Part shown: positions 46,284-53,882 of the stretch, one piece after another | Position numbering within the stretch: the stretch's first letter is position 1 | Layout: each line of letters starts with the position of its first letter | Origin: a virus | DNA length: 64,000 nt | Virus record (IMG/VR): IMGVR_UViG_3300044684_000361 | Coordinates: 17,419 to 81,418 of that record | Reading direction: 5' to 3' (one strand) | Notes under the pieces: model-generated | The model's input: the letters and a program-made list of their open reading frames with translations, nothing else | What the model was told of the DNA's origin: nothing | Database searches by the model: none | Translations under genes and position numbers: made by a program

Positions 46284-46528
46284 GGCTCACCACTCACGGT
46301 TAGAGCGCGCATCTTGTCCGCCGCTTCCTTGGCTGCGTTCCAGATCCAATCGACCGGGCACATGCCAGTGTGGCCACGAGGAGAGCCGTCACACTCGTCA
46401 GTCCAGTCCTGAGTGTGGTGATATGACTTGCCCGCGCACGCGACCGCCGAGAGAATCTTGTCGATCTCCGGAACGCCGGTCTCGCCGAAACCGTAGTAGT
46501 AGGCGTTCATTCGTAGCTTTTCAGCCAT
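46280..46528 (-). CDS. conserved phage protein
   Basis: MNAYYYGF.ETGV.EID.ILSAVACAGK.YHHT..W. Confidence 0.6.
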   Translation of the reverse strand: MAEKLRMNAYYYGFGETGVPEIDKILSAVACAGKSYHHTQDWTDECDGSPRGHTGMCPVDWIWNAAKEAADKMRALTVSGEP

Positions 46529-46805
46529 GCTGATCTCCTGCGCTGTCAGGCTTCTCCTGAGTCGAAGACGACGGGGCAGCGTGTATCGAGAGGGGATGTA
46601 CGTACCGCCCCTTCAGCTCGCCGTCCACTTCGATGTTGATTTTGTAGCGCAACGAACGACCCCAACGGCATTGCGTGATGTAGATACCGGGGATTCGGTC
46701 ATACCAGCCGTCTGGACCTCGCTCCTTGCGTGGTCTCAGATACTCGATTTTGTCGCCGAACTGGAAAGATTTCATGACACGGTTACTTGGAGTCTTGGTC
46801 CACAA
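46521..46805 (-). CDS. hypothetical protein
   Basis: co-directional string. Confidence 0.45.
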   Translation of the reverse strand: MWTKTPSNRVMKSFQFGDKIEYLRPRKERGPDGWYDRIPGIYITQCRWGRSLRYKINIEVDGELKGRYVHPLSIHAAPSSSTQEKPDSAGDQHG

Positions 46806-46992
46806 TCACGGCGCGGACCTGCGGGTTGCCGACGATCCTGAAATCCTGCTCGCGCATGCCGGTTCTGAGCTTGCCGATAGCTGATTCGGCAGCTTGCTTG
46901 TAGACCTGATCCAACTGGCAATCGCTGCCCCATGCGCCGAGGTTGGATATCTCCACAGTCACCGTGACCGTGGCGCCTGCTCTATGACTCAT
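46783..46992 (-). CDS. hypothetical protein
   Basis: 69 aa, AGGAG RBS. Confidence 0.55.
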   Translation of the reverse strand: MSHRAGATVTVTVEISNLGAWGSDCQLDQVYKQAAESAIGKLRTGMREQDFRIVGNPQVRAVIVDQDSK

Positions 46993-47179
46993 GCTTCTCT
47001 CCTGCGCTGAGAGAGCTTCTCTGGCGTTCGTCTTCGGCTTCCAGAACGCGCCGAGCAGTCTGTAATTGGAGCTTTATCCCTTTCTCCAGTGCGTCAAGTT
47101 CCTTGAGCGAGATACCAGCCGGTATTTCCAGCTTCGCTACAGCGCCCGGGCCAACAGACCATTGGAAGTAGACGTTCAT
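46982..47179 (-). CDS. hypothetical protein
   Basis: 65 aa. Confidence 0.5.
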   Translation of the reverse strand: MNVYFQWSVGPGAVAKLEIPAGISLKELDALEKGIKLQLQTARRVLEAEDERQRSSLSAGEKHES

Positions 47180-47682
47180 GGCTGTTCCGGTGTTGCGCTG
47201 ACGGCGTTTCTAACTTCCCGCCTCTCGTCCTGCATCCTAATCATCGCGTCGCGGAAATCCCGCTGCCGCTTGACCTCGGCCAGCACGAAATCAGGTGGCA
47301 GGGGAACGGTGGTGGACTTGAGAGTGCCTTCACCGTCGCTCGTGGCGAGCCACATCCGCCCTTCGGCGTAGTCATCGAACACGTGGCCCATGTGCTCGAA
47401 GTAGTTGATGCGCCAATTGTTGAAGGGCTCCTTCTCGCCAAACCCAGAGCAGAAGTAAGCGATGCGCGCTGAGTCGGTGCCGTCTCTGTTCCACTCATCG
47501 ACAGTGCAACCGTACTTGCCGCCGCGACTCTGCGGCTCCAACTCAGCGAGCGCGAGCGCCTTCGTGCGGTCCGGGCCGCAATAGACCGGATACTGGCCGC
47601 CGTTGAGCCAACCCCAGCGATAAGCTGTCACGAGATAGAGTTTAAGATCCTCATAGGGAATCGTGTCAGGATCTGTTTCCAT
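47176..47682 (-). CDS. hypothetical protein
   Basis: 168 aa, YLVTAYRWG...RGGKYGC. Confidence 0.6.
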   Translation of the reverse strand: METDPDTIPYEDLKLYLVTAYRWGWLNGGQYPVYCGPDRTKALALAELEPQSRGGKYGCTVDEWNRDGTDSARIAYFCSGFGEKEPFNNWRINYFEHMGHVFDDYAEGRMWLATSDGEGTLKSTTVPLPPDFVLAEVKRQRDFRDAMIRMQDERREVRNAVSATPEQP

Positions 47683-47785
47683 GCTTATCCCCTTGATGGT
47701 CAGCGCTTGAGTTCCCGCTGAACGCGGGCCTGCTCATGTGCCAGTAGGATTGTCTAGGATCAGAGAGAAGTCAAGCGCGAAGTGT

Positions 47786-47859
47786 TGGATCGGGGAGAAG
47801 GGGTCGAACCCTCGTTATCTGGTCCAAAGCCAGATGTCCTACCGTTAGACGATCCCCGA
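47786..47859 (-). tRNA. tRNA-Gln (anticodon TTG)
   Basis: TCGGGGA/TCCCCGA acceptor, D arm, TCTGG-CTTTGGA-CCAGA anticodon arm, GGTTCGACCC T arm, encoded CCA. Confidence 0.92.
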
Positions 47860-48120
47860 GAAAATCACCTCGATCGTATAGGCCGTGAGCGGCCGGTTCG
47901 GTTTGCCATCAGGGCGAAGGGGGCGGACCTTGGATGTCCTTCGATACTCCGTGAGGGCCCCCTGAAGGGTCTCAAACTTCAGCGCCTCATCCTTGTCCTT
48001 CGTGCCCACGATCTCCCCGCGTCCCCATCGGAAGTCCGGATCATAGGCTTTGACATAGAGCCCATCGAGGTCAGACTCCTCCCCCGTGGCGAGCCCGACC
48101 ATCTTCAGGTAGTAGCTCAT
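47845..48120 (-). CDS. conserved phage protein
   Basis: PLRPDGKPNRPLTAYTIEV; last 15 nt overlap the tRNA. Confidence 0.6.
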   Translation of the reverse strand: MSYYLKMVGLATGEESDLDGLYVKAYDPDFRWGRGEIVGTKDKDEALKFETLQGALTEYRRTSKVRPLRPDGKPNRPLTAYTIEVIFSGIV

Positions 48121-48123
48121 ATG

Positions 48124-48288
48124 TCAATCCTTGAGCACATAACGGATGGCCAGTTCGGCCATCTTCGGAATCGGCCGAAATCCGCACCAGCGGCGGATCG
48201 TCCGCTCCGACTTCCCCAGACGCCGCGCCAACTCCCGCTGACTCATCCCCCTCAAGTCCAAAAGCCGTCTGAGATCACGAGCCGTCAT
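48124..48288 (-). CDS. Cro/XRE-family HTH regulator (not in ORF track)
   Basis: MTARDLRRLLDLRGMSQRELARRLGKSERTIRRW...PIP, 54 aa, ATGA overlap with upstream HTH gene. Confidence 0.75.
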   Translation of the reverse strand: MTARDLRRLLDLRGMSQRELARRLGKSERTIRRWCGFRPIPKMAELAIRYVLKD

Positions 48289-48536
48289 AGTTCTATGTCA
48301 ATCATGGTCCCATGATCTCCTCTGCCCAGGTGTAACTCCCATACTCCCCCCGTCCTCTCCCAGGCCGCCAAAAGCGACTCCACCGCAACCCGATCCGCCC
48401 CTTCCAAAAAAGCCCACAGGTTCGGCTGCGCAATCCCCATCCTCCGAGCCGCCTCCGCCTGGCTGATCCCCTCCTCCCGTATCCACTCCCGGATCACCCG
48501 CCTGATCTGACCCATCATCTGATCCTTGGTACCCAT
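48285..48536 (-). CDS. XRE-family HTH regulator
   Basis: GISQAEAARRMGIAQPNLWAFL. Confidence 0.75.
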   Translation of the reverse strand: MGTKDQMMGQIRRVIREWIREEGISQAEAARRMGIAQPNLWAFLEGADRVAVESLLAAWERTGGVWELHLGRGDHGTMIDIEL

Positions 48537-48709
48537 AAAAGGCCTTATATCATTTTGATATTGGATGGGGAATGGGGCCCCTGTAGGCCACTGTAGCGGT
48601 GTAGCAGTCAGGACGGGGATGGCCCTGGGCCGGGACTGAGGGGTCTTCTGGGACAGAAGGGGGGCTATAGGCCTCAGAAGGGCAAGAGGGGGTGGAGCGC
48701 AGATGGGAC

Positions 48710-49061
48710 CCGGCCAGGCCCCGCCATCGCGCTCCCCCGGGGGTGGGGGTCGGCCCAGTCCTGGCCAGGACTAGCCAGGCCCAGGGCAATAGGCCTAGTC
48801 CAGGCCAGTCAGACGAAGAGAATCAAGAGGTTATGATTTAACATATGATCCATTATACGAAGTTCGTGCTCATCCTCGGGCCTGGCTGATCCTTCGCGGG
48901 CCTTGGCCCAGGCCTGGCCGGGAAGGGCCTGGAGCCCACCCCTTCCTGGCCCTGTACGGCCCCCTCCTGGCCCTGTACGCGATCCTAGGCCCTATCCCAT
49001 CCCTTGGGCCTGGTCCTGCCCATCCTCCTCCTTCCTGCCCTGATCCTGGCCTATCTGGCCT
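48710..49061. repeat. dispersed GGCCTGG/CCTGGCC heptamer array around an AT-rich core
   Basis: many copies; mostly CCAGGCC left of the core, GGCCTGG/CCTGGCC right of it; direct repeat TCCTGGCCCTGTACG x2. Confidence 0.6.
48836..48863 (-). other. dif-like XerC/XerD recombination site
   Basis: minus strand ACTTCGTATAA-TGGATC-ATATGTTAAAT: 11-6-11 layout, XerD arm 10/11 to TTATGTTAAAT, pdif-like XerC arm. Confidence 0.8.
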
Positions 49062-49245
49062 GATCCAAGAGGTGTAGGAGTCGTTGCAGGCTGCAATAGA
49101 GCATGGAGGCTTCGTAGAGGGCGTTGGGGGGGAGTTTGGGATGGTGGCTGAGGTGTTCCAAGGTGGGTTGCCAGGTTTTCAACTCTGTCGCGAGCCTGCG
49201 CAACTTGAGGCGTTCCACCTCGGTGAGTTTTGCATCGATCCTCAT
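49051..49245 (-). CDS. hypothetical protein
   Basis: 64 aa helical. Confidence 0.45.
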   Translation of the reverse strand: MRIDAKLTEVERLKLRRLATELKTWQPTLEHLSHHPKLPPNALYEASMLYCSLQRLLHLLDQAR

Positions 49246-49384
49246 CCTTCACCCCCGTCTAACCCTTGAGCGGCCGTCTTGTCGCCCGTCCGTCAACCCC
49301 TCGTCAAGCCATCCAGAACATTAAGAATTGTCAAGACCCATCCAATCATGGACTTACGTCACAAAATATTTCGTACATCCCCCT

Positions 49385-49412
49385 TTGACGTTGTACAGAT
49401 ACAGAGTAGGAT
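49385..49412 (+). promoter_or_regulatory. sigma70-like early promoter
   Basis: TTGACG-16bp-TAGGAT with AT-rich upstream; spacer contains TGTACAGATAC also seen at 936. Confidence 0.6.
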
Positions 49413-49461
49413 ACCTCTCACTGAATTGACATACCGACCGACCCCACAGGAGATATGAGCC

Positions 49462-49602
49462 GTGGAGATGATCACCCCGAAACTACGTCTTGCCGTGCTC
49501 GCCACCTACGCCCGTGCTGCCCGGCAAGCCAACCCCATCCGTCCAGAAAGACAGGCAACCGCCTGGGCCTTTCGTCTGAATCGCTTCCGTATCCGCTGGT
49601 AA
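49462..49602 (+). CDS. small early protein (not in ORF track)
   Basis: 46 aa after CAGGAG..GAGCCGTG start motif. Confidence 0.5.
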   Translation: MEMITPKLRLAVLATYARAARQANPIRPERQATAWAFRLNRFRIRW

Positions 49603-49622
49603 CCACATAGGACACACGCACC

Positions 49623-50177
49623 ATGTTCACCTACCTCGCTTGCCGATGCCTCGTGACGCACGACCAAGCCGGAAATCCGGTTCCCGTTTGCCCCTGGCAT
49701 CGCAACCCCATCGCCTCGGAAACCTTTATCTTCGTTCCCGCTGGCTCCCTGATCAGCCAGCTGGACCATACGTATCGCGTTCTGAACGTGCATTGCGACG
49801 TCGATGACGACTTCGTCACCGTTGACGAGGACGGCACACCCCTAAGCTTCTGGAAGACGCGCGCCATGCGCTTCACGGACAAGCCCGTTCTCTCCGGACG
49901 TGATTTCCTTGTCTGCCCGGATGAGCACACCAAAAAGGCTCTGTGCATGTTCGTGGGCCATTCGAACTATCCGGTCGGTCTACTCGCCAGCAATGCCTCG
50001 TCCGAAGTAAATGATTCGCTGCGGATGCGTAGCCTCACCCTTGAGGCATCCCGCTCCTACCTCGACCCAAAAGACAAGGCCCACGGCTACTACCTTCCCA
50101 TCGCCGAGCGGTACATAGAGCGCTATCGCGGTCGCCGCTACAGCGAACCCCTCACCACCATCGTCACCGTACCATAG
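49623..50177 (+). CDS. hypothetical protein
   Basis: 184 aa, start-associated motif. Confidence 0.6.
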   Translation: MFTYLACRCLVTHDQAGNPVPVCPWHRNPIASETFIFVPAGSLISQLDHTYRVLNVHCDVDDDFVTVDEDGTPLSFWKTRAMRFTDKPVLSGRDFLVCPDEHTKKALCMFVGHSNYPVGLLASNASSEVNDSLRMRSLTLEASRSYLDPKDKAHGYYLPIAERYIERYRGRRYSEPLTTIVTVP

Positions 50178-50180
50178 GAG

Positions 50181-50232
50181 TGACTCTCTAGGATGGGCCT
50201 GGCAAGGGCTCAGACCCATCCGTGTACGGTCA
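50181..50232 (+). ncRNA. conserved intergenic stem-loop, copy 1 (candidate RNase III site)
   Basis: homologous to 53802-53851 with compensatory changes. Confidence 0.55.
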
Positions 50233-50262
50233 TCAACCCCGCAACCATAGGAGCATTGAGCC

Positions 50263-50544
50263 ATGGCCCGCTGCGCCTCCGTTGAAAACCTGCTCGCTAT
50301 CAAAGATGTAACGCCCGAGATAGCGGGCCTGGACAAGCAACCGACAGTCAAACAGATGAAGAACCGGATGCACGCCGGTCACCGCGAATGCCTCACAGCG
50401 ATTCGGGATGGGAAACAGATCGGTCGCCCCGGGATCACGGCCGGTGAGATTCGCGGTTATCGCGTGATATTGGACACCTTGCGCCGTTGGGGCGCCGTGA
50501 ATGACGCCGGGCTGACCGACATCGGTCGACAGTTACTGTCCTGA
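50263..50544 (+). CDS. hypothetical protein
   Basis: 93 aa, start-associated motif. Confidence 0.6.
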   Translation: MARCASVENLLAIKDVTPEIAGLDKQPTVKQMKNRMHAGHRECLTAIRDGKQIGRPGITAGEIRGYRVILDTLRRWGAVNDAGLTDIGRQLLS

Positions 50545-50646
50545 CCATCAATGAGTACGCCTAGCGTCAAACAGATGAAGCAGCGAATGCTCCCGGCGCA
50601 TTGGCTGGTGCTGGAAGTTCTGTCCGGGTCGAAAGGAGAATTCCAA

Positions 50647-50895
50647 ATGATCACGCATCTAACGTTCGTCGGGAGCGCCGCTGGCTCACCATACTGTGGT
50701 GAACCACGTAATAGCACGGACAAGTATGTACACGGCATGTTTGCGCCGTTGCACAGCAAAGAATTCCGTGTGACGGCTTGTAAGAGTTGCCTGGCTCAAT
50801 ATCTGGATTCGTTCGATGCTGATGAGTCATTGCCGGAATGGGCGGATGAATTGGGCCCCATACAACTCGGGCTATTTACAGGCGAAAAGGAGTAA
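50647..50895 (+). CDS. small Cys-containing protein
   Basis: AAGGAG RBS before ATG 50647; HLT.VG..AG.PYC...C..C. Confidence 0.55.
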   Translation: MITHLTFVGSAAGSPYCGEPRNSTDKYVHGMFAPLHSKEFRVTACKSCLAQYLDSFDADESLPEWADELGPIQLGLFTGEKE

Positions 50896-50904
50896 ATAAG
50901 CACC

Positions 50905-51627
50905 ATGCCACGCATCACCGCAACCCTCCTTACCGCAGAGGATAGCGAGACGGGCCTGACAGGCCTGATCGTTAAAGGCCTGCCACGACCCATGAACGGC
51001 ACGACGAACACCGCTACCGAAGGGCTTCTCATCGCGCACGACCTGATTGAACATGTAAACGGCGTGCAGCACATCGGCACCATCAATGATGAGCTGGAGG
51101 CTTTGGGCGCTATGTGGTACGTGCGCGGCCAACATGGCGATCTACACCGTAATCGGTTGGCCGCTGAATACTCCGTCGAGGACAATATCGCCGCCGATGT
51201 GGTGCAAATGTTCACCGATCACATATTCGGCTCCCCGGTTGATTACTACGGCCGCGTCGGTCGCGACTGCGAACGCCAACACACGCGCGCCTGTAATGCC
51301 GATGAGGCGCTGCGGCTAATCATGCGCATTGCCGCCGACGAGCAACGCCGGGAGTTAGGTAGCTACGCCGCGCAAGCCAAAGCCGGCGCGATGTGGCCCG
51401 CCTATGCCGCCCTGTGCCTGGATCTCATGCGCACGGGCTACCGCAAGGCCTATCGGCGTTGGGAACGCCACGGACGCTTTGCTGCCAACAATGCCTTTTG
51501 GGAAATCGCCTATGCCGTCGATCCGTACGCGAAACACTGTGAGTATGTCGGCCAGCGGTTCCAGCTGACCTATGACAGTCGCGCGGAGAATGGCGAACGC
51601 GCCACCTGTGTTGCACTGGACTGGTAA
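50905..51627 (+). CDS. hypothetical protein (AHD.IEH metal-binding-like motif)
   Basis: 240 aa, IAHDLIEH...DELEALG..WYVRG. Confidence 0.6.
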   Translation: MPRITATLLTAEDSETGLTGLIVKGLPRPMNGTTNTATEGLLIAHDLIEHVNGVQHIGTINDELEALGAMWYVRGQHGDLHRNRLAAEYSVEDNIAADVVQMFTDHIFGSPVDYYGRVGRDCERQHTRACNADEALRLIMRIAADEQRRELGSYAAQAKAGAMWPAYAALCLDLMRTGYRKAYRRWERHGRFAANNAFWEIAYAVDPYAKHCEYVGQRFQLTYDSRAENGERATCVALDW

Positions 51628-51649
51628 CCATTTTTAGGAGTCAACGCCC

Positions 51650-51874
51650 ATGCCTTTCTGTAACACCACCAAACGAGCCATCAACGCCCAAGGTCAATTC
51701 GTCGCGGATCTTGAATCCGCATACGAACATCATCCATTTCCCGACTATCTGGAGCGGCTTGAGAAGGAACGCGCACGCTTGGAACGCATGCAACGATATG
51801 AGGGCGCGTGGATCATTCATCTAACGTTCATCCTCACCTTGGCAGGCATCTTGACGGCCATCTTTCTCCTGTAA
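51650..51874 (+). CDS. small C-terminally anchored protein
   Basis: hydrophobic C-terminus, TAGGAG RBS. Confidence 0.55.
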   Translation: MPFCNTTKRAINAQGQFVADLESAYEHHPFPDYLERLEKERARLERMQRYEGAWIIHLTFILTLAGILTAIFLL

Positions 51875-51899
51875 CAACCAACCATAGGACTCACGCACC

Positions 51900-52307
51900 A
51901 TGGAAACCATAGCAGCTCACATTGCCAGCCTTGTGACCGCTCGCGACAACTGCATCGCCTCCGGAAATACGGAATGGAAACTACGCCATGAGCGGCTCCT
52001 AACAGCGCTCGCTACAGAGTACCTTCCATCGGGTAGCGGTTGGGATCTGGGCACCACAATTGATCTGGACCGCTCCAGTGAGGATTGCCTCATTTTTCAG
52101 GGCCAATATCATCATATGAACAGTGACGGTTTTTATGATGGCTGGACGCGTCATGAAATCTGGGTCCGCCCGCGTTTTGAGGGGTTCAACATTCGTATCA
52201 CCGGACGCAATCGGGCCGATATCAAGGAGTATCTGCACGAGCTATTCGATGTGGCCCTACGTCAAGCCCTAGATCTTTCATTGTACGAACAGGAGCCACG
52301 CAAATGA
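51900..52307 (+). CDS. conserved phage protein
   Basis: LPSGSG.D.G, YHHMN.DGFYDGWT.H...V.P. Confidence 0.65.
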   Translation: METIAAHIASLVTARDNCIASGNTEWKLRHERLLTALATEYLPSGSGWDLGTTIDLDRSSEDCLIFQGQYHHMNSDGFYDGWTRHEIWVRPRFEGFNIRITGRNRADIKEYLHELFDVALRQALDLSLYEQEPRK

Positions 52308-52654
52308 ACGAATTACGCGAATGGAGCGGATCACCTGATCCGCGAGACCCTGACAACTACTGGATTGACGAGGCAACCAACGAACGCGTTAACGCCTCAA
52401 CTGGAGTGCGTACGGCGCTTACCCCGGCAGACCTCAAAGAGATTGAGGAACAATTGCAACGGGCCGAGGCCACGGGCCTTGCGCGCTGCCCCGACTGCGG
52501 CATGCCCACAATCCCCGATCATCAGGGCCTAACGGAAGATGAGATGCGCTGCGATCAATGCTATCGCCACGATGAGGTAAACGAGCGCGAGTCAACGGTC
52601 GCTCGGGAGCGCCGGAACGCTCCCGATGCGGGGGACGACAAAGAAAAGACTTGA
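52304..52654 (+). CDS. zinc-ribbon protein
   Basis: CPDC...CDQC; AGGAG RBS. Confidence 0.55.
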   Translation: MNELREWSGSPDPRDPDNYWIDEATNERVNASTGVRTALTPADLKEIEEQLQRAEATGLARCPDCGMPTIPDHQGLTEDEMRCDQCYRHDEVNERESTVARERRNAPDAGDDKEKT

Positions 52655-52678
52655 CGCCTCTCTCTGTACCTGTACAAT
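52651..52678 (+). promoter_or_regulatory. sigma70-like promoter (CTGTACA family)
   Basis: TTGACG-16bp-TACAAT. Confidence 0.65.
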
Positions 52679-52708
52679 CACTGTCGCACGCATAGGAGCA
52701 ATCGAGCC

Positions 52709-53203
52709 ATGCAATACACGCCTCAGACCGATATCGGATTCGTCCACGCCGTTCACTACCGTGATGCCATGATTCGCGCTTGGGCCAAGCGGTCGGGCCA
52801 CATGAGAAAAAACGGCGCCATGTCCTACCGACCCGAGGAATTGCCCGACTACATCGATCCTCCGACCAATGAGGATCGCTCGCGCGCTGAAGTCCTGCTC
52901 TTCACACTGCGCCCCTTGCCGTACGGAGTATCCTACACGGCCTATCTGTCATCTGACTCACCTCGCATCGTCACTTGGATGGGCGACACGCTAGCCACGG
53001 TGACATGGATCAAATATCGCGAAGCCGCCTATGGCCGCTGCAGCGGGGGCGGCTCGTTCTGGGCTCGTGGCATTGATGGGCGCATCTACTACGGCACTCA
53101 CAACGGCCGTGGCATGTATTGCCGTATGCGCCTGGCCAGGCATCAGCCCACATCCGAAATAGCGGCGCGCATGGCGCGCTCGCTGGCCCGCAAGCAACCG
53201 TAA
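52709..53203 (+). CDS. hypothetical protein
   Basis: 164 aa, start-associated motif. Confidence 0.6.
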   Translation: MQYTPQTDIGFVHAVHYRDAMIRAWAKRSGHMRKNGAMSYRPEELPDYIDPPTNEDRSRAEVLLFTLRPLPYGVSYTAYLSSDSPRIVTWMGDTLATVTWIKYREAAYGRCSGGGSFWARGIDGRIYYGTHNGRGMYCRMRLARHQPTSEIAARMARSLARKQP

Positions 53204-53237
53204 CCTCTTTCATCCACCGCATAGGAGTCATTGAGCC

Positions 53238-53396
53238 ATGCCGAAGCCTGAACCCTCACCGCGCGAAATTGAGAAGCGCCGCTCCATGGAGCGCAGCCAG
53301 GCGCGCGAGACCAAGTATGCCGCCACTCACGGGAAGCGCCCCGATCCACGGCAGCAACCCATGGGCCATATGATCTTGGCCGCAGGTCCGCTGTAG
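53238..53396 (+). CDS. small basic protein (not in ORF track)
   Basis: 52 aa after CATAGGAG..GAGCCATG. Confidence 0.55.
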   Translation: MPKPEPSPREIEKRRSMERSQARETKYAATHGKRPDPRQQPMGHMILAAGPL

Positions 53397-53409
53397 GAGC
53401 CTTACCGTC

Positions 53410-53616
53410 ATGACATTCGAGATTAGCCTTTACGTCAACTCCATGAAACTGGCATATGAGCCAGTGATTGGGCGGCGCACGGTCTACATCACGCTTACCC
53501 TTGGCAAACGGACTCTCTGGCTACAGCGTTGGGAATCGGAGAGAAGTAGCAAAAACCGCAAACCGTTTGCCTTCTCTCGCGACAAACGCATGGCGTGGAC
53601 TGCAGGAGTCAGATAA
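53410..53616 (+). CDS. hypothetical protein
   Basis: 68 aa, TAGGAG RBS. Confidence 0.5.
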   Translation: MTFEISLYVNSMKLAYEPVIGRRTVYITLTLGKRTLWLQRWESERSSKNRKPFAFSRDKRMAWTAGVR

Positions 53617-53804
53617 TGGACCCGATAGCCACATTGATGAGCGTAGAGCGCAACATTACGGCCGGGACCTACCGCGTAGCCCTAGACTATCTCCTGGCCT
53701 ACTACCAATGGCGCGTTCGTGGCGGGCTCGAACCGACAGACGGCGACGCCATTGCGGAGCGATTCGCGCATCAGATACAAGACGGACTCGAACAGGCGTA
53801 TTGA
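53616..53804 (+). CDS. conserved small phage protein
   Basis: MDPIATL...Y.QWR.RGGLEP. Confidence 0.55.
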   Translation: MDPIATLMSVERNITAGTYRVALDYLLAYYQWRVRGGLEPTDGDAIAERFAHQIQDGLEQAY

Positions 53805-53851
53805 CACTCTAGGATAGGCCTGGCCAGGCCGGACCTATCCGTGTTCTGTCA
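53802..53851 (+). ncRNA. conserved intergenic stem-loop, copy 2 (candidate RNase III site)
   Basis: TGACA..GGATAGG/CCTATCC..TGTCA. Confidence 0.55.
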
Positions 53852-53882
53852 GTGCTACTACATACATAGGAGATAACGAGCC

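Noticed and set aside
47782-48315. 177-aa plus-strand ORF
   Set aside because: Antisense to the tRNA and two real genes.
48550-48789. 79-aa minus-strand ORF
   Set aside because: Low-complexity translation of the repeat-rich intergenic region.
48851-48864. loxP site (AACTTCGTATAATG matches part of loxP)
   Set aside because: Only one arm matches; the other arm is XerD-like and the spacer is 6 bp, not 8 bp; no Cre or vector sequence.
48920-48927. KOPS motif GGGAAGGG near the dif-like site
   Set aside because: Single copy pointing away from the site; expected by chance in G-rich DNA.
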